From a virus (taxonomy: Duplodnaviria > Heunggongvirae > Uroviricota > Caudoviricetes), in IMG/VR virus record IMGVR_UViG_2563366942_000005, positions 1-23,814 of that record: a stretch of DNA of 23,814 nucleotides. The stretch is one strand, 5' to 3'. Numbering within the stretch: the stretch's first letter is position 1; each line of letters starts with the position of its first letter. Shown here piece by piece: positions 17,990 through 23,814 of this stretch. The notes beneath the pieces were generated by a model. It saw nothing but the letters and a program-made list of their open reading frames with translations, had not been told where the DNA came from and made no database searches. Both the position numbers and the translations under genes were made by a program.

Positions 17990-20900
17990 GTTGGAGTCAT
18001 TACCCGTAATCGCAAAGAAGACACCGTGCTGAATATGAAATATTTTCAGTACTTGTCGCTTCTGTTTACCGAGATCTACCTGGACTGGTACTTCAATCGT
18101 AAACAGCAATTACTCGATGGGCTAAATAACGAGCTGGCAGCATACAATGCTGAAAATGATAAAACAGCAAAAGACCGGGCTAATCAGTTCAAATCATACA
18201 TTCTAGATGACTTGAATAAACTTGCATACTGGAACGCTACCGGTTCGGGTAAAACACTGCTATTGCATGTCAATATTTTGCAATATTTACATTATTTCCA
18301 GAACGGTAATACCCACCATTACCCGGATAAAATCATCCTGCTTACGCCGGATGAACGCCTGTCGAAGCAACATTTAGATGAGCTGGAAAACTCAGGATTT
18401 ACCCAATACCAGTTATTCGATAAGAGTAAATCTGCGCCCTTCAAAGGCACGATTGAAGTTATTGATATCAATAAACTTGCCGATGAAATGGGTGACAAAA
18501 CTGTTGCCGTTGAGGCATTTGAAGGCAACAATCTGGTTCTGATTGATGAAGGGCATAAAGGCACCGGAAGTGCTGCTGGTGCCTGGATGCGCCGTCGTGA
18601 CAAATTAACACGTGACGGATTTGCGTTTGAATATTCAGCAACTTTTGGCCAGGCAGTAGCCGGTGGCAATAATGTTGAGGCAGTTGAAACAGAAATTCAG
18701 AAGAAAAAAGCAAAGCTGCTTTTTGAAACAACGGCCTTAGGTAAACTGAACGAAGAAGAGTTAGCGCAAATAGCATTAACCAGCGAAGAAAAACGAGATG
18801 CGCGTATTCAGGCGACGCGAGAGGTCTATGGAAAATCGATTCTGTTCGATTACTCCTATAAATTCTTCTATGAGGATGGTTATGGTAAAGAATCACTGAT
18901 TCTTAACCTTAATCCTGAAGAGGATAAAAAAGATGAGCGTCGGTATGAGTATTTTACCGCGTGTTTGCTCAGCTTTTATCAGCAACAATATTTATTCAAT
19001 AAGAATAAAGAAAAATTAAGTGAATTTAATATCGAAAAACCGCTGTGGGTTTTTGTCGGTAATACGGTAAGTGGTGAAGATTCAGACATTCACGCAGTAT
19101 TGCGTTTTTTAGCATGGTTTTTAAACCACGAAACGCAGGCAAAAGCGTGGATTAACGATCTCATTAAAAATAAAGCGCGAATCCTCGATACCAAAGAGCG
19201 TAACATTTTTGAAAATCGCTTTACTGCACTAATGAACGCTCCGGAAGATATCTACGCAGATATTCTTTCTCGCTTGTTTAACACCACTCACTCTGGTCAG
19301 CGACTGCGAGTTCTGAATTTAATAGGCAGTAAAGGTGAACTGGCATTACAGGTTGGTGAGGCCGAACCGTTTGGCCTTATCAATATTGGTGATGCACCGT
19401 CTCTTTACAAAATGTGTGAAGAGGATACGACATTTGATTATCAGAGAGATGATTTTGCAAAGTCACTCTTTCATACGTTAAATGACAAAGACTCGCGACT
19501 ACATATTTTGATCGGCTCGCGAAAATTTACTGAAGGCTGGAGCAGTTGGCGCGTCTCAACGATGGGATTGCTCAATATGGGCCGTGGAGAAGGTTCACAG
19601 ATCATTCAGTTATTTGGTCGTGGCGTACGCCTTAAAGGTCGCAATTATTCTTTGAAACGCAGTACACCCGGTGAGCGTCCGAAAGGGTTGCATCTGGAAA
19701 AATTAGAGACACTGAATGTATTCGGTGTACGTGCCGATTACATGGCAACCTTTAAACAATACCTGGAAGATGAAGGGATTACGCCAAGTGACGAGATCCT
19801 TGAGCTGAATTTTGAAACTCGGCCAAATATGCCAGCAACCAGGCTTAAAACACTTAAGCTTAAAGATGGTTATAAAGATAATCAAAGACTCGGCTTTAAA
19901 CGTGTCTATTTTCCCGAATTGTATGAAGTTCCTGCTGATTTTCAGGGGAAAATTAAGCAGCCGCATATTAAGCTGGACTTATACCCGAAACTTGAGTCGA
20001 TTGATACCAGCAGAAAAGGGGACAATACTCCGGTTAACGTGCGCAATGAAGCGAAGTTAGATTATAAAATCATTAGTGCATTTGATTTTGATCGGCTTTA
20101 TCTCGCCATTCAGAATTATAAACTACAACGCGGCTGGTCAAATTTACGTGTGGATAAACAACGTTTGATCGACTTTTGTACCGGTAAGACAAAGATCGGA
20201 AATAGTTGGTATACCCTTTTGATTCCAGCTTCAGAGCTTGAGATTAAGCAATATGCAGATATTGCTAAGCAGGAAGATATTATGCTTCGTCTGCTGACTG
20301 ATTATACTGATCGCTTTTACAACACCTTGAAAAATGCTTATGAAGGTCAGTTTTATGAAGTCACGCAGGTGAAAGAAGATGATCCTGGTATGATCAAAAT
20401 GTACCATTTCGAGATCGAAGAAACTGATGATGGGTTGGCTTATGCCAGTCGGCTGGAACAATTACAACAATTGGTCATCGACGGCGAAATCGGTAAAGCA
20501 AAATCCTGGAGTGCATCCGGGATGGTTGCTATTACCTTTGATAAACATCTCTATTACCCGCTTCTTTCGATTGAAAAAAATGCCAATATACCGCTAAAAA
20601 TGCGACCGGCAGCACTTGGTGCGCCAAGCGAGATTACTTTTGTTCAGGATCTTCAGTCTTTTGTTGATTCGACAAAAGGGCAGAAAATTATTGGTGATAA
20701 AAGTTTATATCTGCTAAGAAATGCGGATTCTAAAAATAAAGGCCTGGGCTTTGCTACTGCGGGTAATTTTTATCCGGATTTCTTATTGTGGTTAGTCGAT
20801 GATAAAAGTGGTAAACAATGGCTAAGTCTTATTGATCCAAAAGGCATTCGCAATCTTAATCTTGATGATCCGAAGTTCGGATTATATAAAGAAATTAAGA

Positions 20901-21100
20901 ATCTTGAACATAAATTATCGGATGATAACTTATCATTAAGTGCATTTATTGTTTCTGAAACTTGTTATGTTGACTTAGTAAACGTACCTGACTCAAAAGA
21001 AAATCTGGAAGCCAGAAATGTGCTTTTTATTGAGGATACAGGCCCCGTTTATCTGGAGAAGTTATTCAGTAAGATGGTTAGCGAGTAAATAATTATGATT

Positions 21101-21131
21101 CTGTTCCATATCTCTGTGAGATATGGAACAG
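21101..21131. terminator. Strong hairpin between convergent genes (likely bidirectional terminator)
   Basis: CTGTTCCATATCTC-TGTG-AGATATGGAACAG forms a 13-14 bp perfect stem. It lies 13 bp after the operon's last stop codon and immediately after the stop of the minus-strand 100-aa ORF. Confidence 0.6.
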
Positions 21132-21134
21132 ATA

Positions 21135-21437
21135 TTATCGCCAATGTGCAGGAATAATTAGGTCAAACGATTTTGCTGCATATTCAAGCATTTTTATTAT
21201 TTCCCTGTGTCGTTCCTGGTCGAACGGCTGTCCATTTTTTCTACACTCTATAATCCCTTGTAACTCTTTTAGGTTAAACATATCAAGAAGATAAAAGTTT
21301 TTCCATGTTGGTTGCCCGAAGAGGTTATAGACTGTTTCTGTAGCATCTCTCTCACTTGCTAATCTTTTCTCTCCGTCTATTTTTTCAAAAAATATTTCAG
21401 CTGTTTCTTTATCATCATAAGTATTTAACAATTCCAT
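21135..21437 (-). CDS. Hypothetical small protein (100 aa), AT-rich orphan
   Basis: ORF of 100 aa (MELLNTYDDKETAEIFFEKIDGEKR...) on the strand opposite to the operon. It is AT-rich and has no recognisable motif. Confidence 0.45.
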   Translation of the reverse strand: MELLNTYDDKETAEIFFEKIDGEKRLASERDATETVYNLFGQPTWKNFYLLDMFNLKELQGIIECRKNGQPFDQERHREIIKMLEYAAKSFDLIIPAHWR

Positions 21438-21749
21438 TATGATTTTCCTGATTAATGAATTGATATCACGATAATTATATCATGAATAGATGTAAATTTA
21501 CTATGTATATAAATTAGTGTACAATTCAACATGCCAATTGTTTTTTAATTTGTAATTTCGATTGGTTAATAACTGGATTCTCTTATAATGAATATATATT
21601 TACTCTGACTAGAATATTTGTAAACGTATTTTATATTGAGATTTTAAAATTGATTTGTGGCTATGTACTCATAAATACTACTTTCGGTGTCAGAAAATAC
21701 TTTATCTATTACATTTAAAATCCTAGGTGAAAGATATATAATGGCTACC

Positions 21750-22622
21750 TCACCCCCTAAAAACCTCTTTTCGATGCCACTCCACAAACCCCTCAAAAGG
21801 GTAATTTTTACGCACCTGTGGCAACGCAATAGTTTTCCCGTCAAAATCCCAGAATAATCTCTCAACGATCCCTCCGCCGTTTACCGCATCCGAGACCAGT
21901 ACCCGCATATTTTCATCCAGGCCAATCGATCCTTTATCAAAGGCTTTATGGTGTATTGCGCAAAGCGCCAGACCATTGGGGATTTCACAAGGGCCGCCGT
22001 GCTGTTTCCATTTTATATGCGCCGCTTCCAGCGCGACGGTGGTGTCGTCGTGGCGCATATTAAAGCCACATATCGCGCACTGGTAGTTATAAGCGCGTAA
22101 TACATTTTTGCGAAATAACGGGTCGCGCTGTTTACGGATTTGCTGGAGATCAAAACCCAGCTCGTCAGCAATTTCTTCCTGAATACTCTCGGTGAAGTGC
22201 GCTTCGAGTATCTGTTGCGCCAGAGTATTGATGAGTTTTTTATTGCCGGTTACCAGGGCGTAGTGCTGTTCATCGAAACCGCCTGCAACGTGGTATTCGT
22301 TCAGTTCCTTCACTGGCGGTTGTCGGCTGCTCCCTGCTGTTGAGCAAAGCTCGGCATTGTGTAATTGCCAGAATCCGTCGCCTTGTAATCGCCAAAACGG
22401 CATATCAGGTCGGTACTGTGAACGCTGTGGCCCAAAACGTTCCAGTAAACTGTGCAGAGGTTCGTAGATTTCCGATCCATAATCGAAAAGGCGTGGATGT
22501 CCATTCAGGTATCCCGCTAATACGTATAGCAATAACAATGGTTTATGCGGTGCGCGCTGTTCACCCTTATGCCAGATTTTTATATTGGCAATTGCCTGCT
22601 GTAGCGATTTACTGGAAGCCAT
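21750..22622 (-). CDS. HNH-motif endonuclease with N-terminal uncharacterised domain (candidate modification-dependent/Type IV-like restriction nuclease); start taken at the Shine-Dalgarno-supported ATG (MASSKSL...)
   Basis: The C-terminal region carries an HNH signature (YQCAICGF...ALEAAHIKWKQHGGP...NGLALCAIHHKAFDKG). The six-frame ORF extends to a TTG at 22679, but AGGGA precedes the ATG at 22622. Confidence 0.75.
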   Translation of the reverse strand: MASSKSLQQAIANIKIWHKGEQRAPHKPLLLLYVLAGYLNGHPRLFDYGSEIYEPLHSLLERFGPQRSQYRPDMPFWRLQGDGFWQLHNAELCSTAGSSRQPPVKELNEYHVAGGFDEQHYALVTGNKKLINTLAQQILEAHFTESIQEEIADELGFDLQQIRKQRDPLFRKNVLRAYNYQCAICGFNMRHDDTTVALEAAHIKWKQHGGPCEIPNGLALCAIHHKAFDKGSIGLDENMRVLVSDAVNGGGIVERLFWDFDGKTIALPQVRKNYPFEGFVEWHRKEVFRG

Positions 22623-22833
22623 TGATATCCCTGGCAGTGAAATAATTGCGATCATGCTCGCAAATTTTCTGCTGTTCAAGCCTGCAAGTGAAGATATATT
22701 ACCTTGATCTCATTTGTTTTTTTGCTGCCTGTGTGCCCTAATTGCCATGCGATGTTGCACCGACGCAAACCACCGTTTATGCCGGAGGAGTTAAAAGCGC
22801 TGATGGATGCGAATAAATCAAATTAATGAACGC

Positions 22834-23814
22834 TCACCTTTCGCGCCAAAACTGCAAAATTGCTTCTACAAACCTGTCAGAAATAATCCCTCGACGGGCT
22901 GCCGCGCTGAAATGACTGCTTCGCAGTGCCGTCGTCCAGTTCTCCGGTGACCGGTACGCTGAACCGTAATATCCCGTGCTTAAATCGTCCGGGTCTTCAT
23001 CAGGCGCGTTCGTCAGTCCTCTTTCACCTTGTTGCTGGAAGTCGACGAAAATAATATTGGCTAAAACATTATTTTGATAATTGCCATAAATAGCTTCATA
23101 CGCATGAGGGAAATTTTCTTTCCAGTACCAGGTGGTATCGCCGCAAAACCAGGGCGCATCAGTAATATTATTAAGCTGAGAATGGTATTGTTTTAGATCC
23201 CTACGAAAGGCTTCAACCATATGATTAAAGTGTTGAGGGTGTGACGCGTAGTCACTGGTCATTAAGTCAAATTCGCCTTGCATCCAGCATACGCCGAGGA
23301 ATTTGTTCTGCGGATTTTTTGTCAGTGCGGCTCGCGTTCTGCTGACTAAATCCTGGTATAGCGGAGTATCCGTTCCCCAACGACAAGCATCATGGCTGGC
23401 TCCGTGCCGTTCTGAATATGTCCCTTCGCTGCCCGCGGTAAAAGCCGATCCGCCACGGCAACACGGAACGATGAGAACCCCTGCGTTATCAGGAATAAAG
23501 GGCAGTAATTTCCGTGCAATATGCAGTGCCTGGCCAACGGTGCCGTACTGTGTTTGATGATTCGTTGCCAGAGGATGGTGATAACCCTGCATATCCTGAA
23601 CATCGTGTGGGCAGTGAGTCAGTGGAATAATGTCGTTAAAGTGACATGACGGGCCTCCGGGATGCGTATGCGCAAATCTCGCTAATTGTTTAATTCTGGG
23701 ATGAGGCGCATCTTCCCTGTCCGGTAATGGCAGTCCTTCGCCATACGCCATGGCATTAGACTGACCAGCAACGGTAAGAACATAGTAATAATCAGGCGAT
23801 ATTATTGCGTTCAT
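22834..23814 (-). CDS. nanS: Sialate O-acetylesterase NanS/YjhS-like protein (core-genome flank)
   Basis: 326-aa ORF (MNAIISPDYYYVLTVAGQSNAMAYGEGLPLPDRE...) recognised as E. coli YjhS/NanS-like from memory. It has SGNH-type esterase character (GQSN motif near the N-terminus). The start codon is at the window edge. Confidence 0.75.
   Translation of the reverse strand: MNAIISPDYYYVLTVAGQSNAMAYGEGLPLPDREDAPHPRIKQLARFAHTHPGGPSCHFNDIIPLTHCPHDVQDMQGYHHPLATNHQTQYGTVGQALHIARKLLPFIPDNAGVLIVPCCRGGSAFTAGSEGTYSERHGASHDACRWGTDTPLYQDLVSRTRAALTKNPQNKFLGVCWMQGEFDLMTSDYASHPQHFNHMVEAFRRDLKQYHSQLNNITDAPWFCGDTTWYWKENFPHAYEAIYGNYQNNVLANIIFVDFQQQGERGLTNAPDEDPDDLSTGYYGSAYRSPENWTTALRSSHFSAAARRGIISDRFVEAILQFWRER

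Larger units (their letters stand above)
17237..18004 (+). mobile_element. IS1 insertion sequence (768 bp, complete) flanked by 8-bp target-site duplication CGTAATCG
   Basis: Left end GGTGATGCTGCCAACTTACTGAT and right end ...AAGTTGGAGTCATTACC match the IS1 termini. insA and insB are both present with the A6C frameshift window (TTAAAAAACTC). Direct repeats CGTAATCG lie at 17229-17236 and 18005-18012. Confidence 0.95.
16932..21088 (+). pseudogene. SF2 helicase/Type III Res-like ATPase (about 1126 aa when restored), interrupted by IS1 after codon 102
   Basis: The 108-aa ORF (16932-17258) runs into the IS1 left end. Removing IS1 plus one target-site duplication copy joins it in frame to the 1020-aa ORF (...EHRNR|KEDTVLNMKYFQYLS...). 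The protein has Walker A (NATGSGKT), motif II (LVLIDEGH) and helicase C-terminal-like motifs (KFTEGWSSW ... QLFGRGVR). GGAGGAGG lies upstream of the ATG at 16932. Confidence 0.8.

Noticed and set aside
10896-21088. Calling the three-gene operon a complete DISARM system
   Set aside because: No DUF1998-type (DrmB) or PLD-motif (DrmC) gene is present in the operon or elsewhere in the window. Only the SNF2 plus adenine methyltransferase pairing is shared, so it is described as DISARM-like or Type III-like only.

Overview
This window is an accreted genomic island with two parts, ending at a core sialate esterase gene (nanS/yjhS-like). Part 1 (about 1-10506) is an integrated P4-like satellite prophage with the full P4 backbone in canonical order: integrase, cos site, psu-delta-sid late operon, an iteron cluster, vis/alpA-like regulator, small early genes, alpha primase-helicase (777 aa), a crr-like tandem iteron repeat and a 22-bp tRNA-Leu 3'-end-like attR. 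Where P4 carries gop/beta/cII, between int and cos, there is instead an AT-rich, translationally coupled two-gene cassette (313-aa soluble protein plus 155-aa multi-pass membrane protein). I cannot assign it to any family and regard it as the best candidate for an undescribed anti-phage module. Part 2 (about 10507-21500) is an AT-rich island with a tightly coupled three-gene operon: SNF2-family helicase, a large beta-class N6-adenine methyltransferase, and an SF2 helicase/Res-like ATPase. This resembles the DISARM class 1 front end or a Type III-like restriction-modification system but lacks DUF1998 and PLD partners. The operon looks inactivated twice: the methyltransferase is split by a frameshift, and the third gene is interrupted by a complete IS1 with an 8-bp target-site duplication. 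An HNH-nuclease gene and a small orphan ORF lie between the operon and nanS. All calls are from reading the sequence and ORF track; no database search was run.
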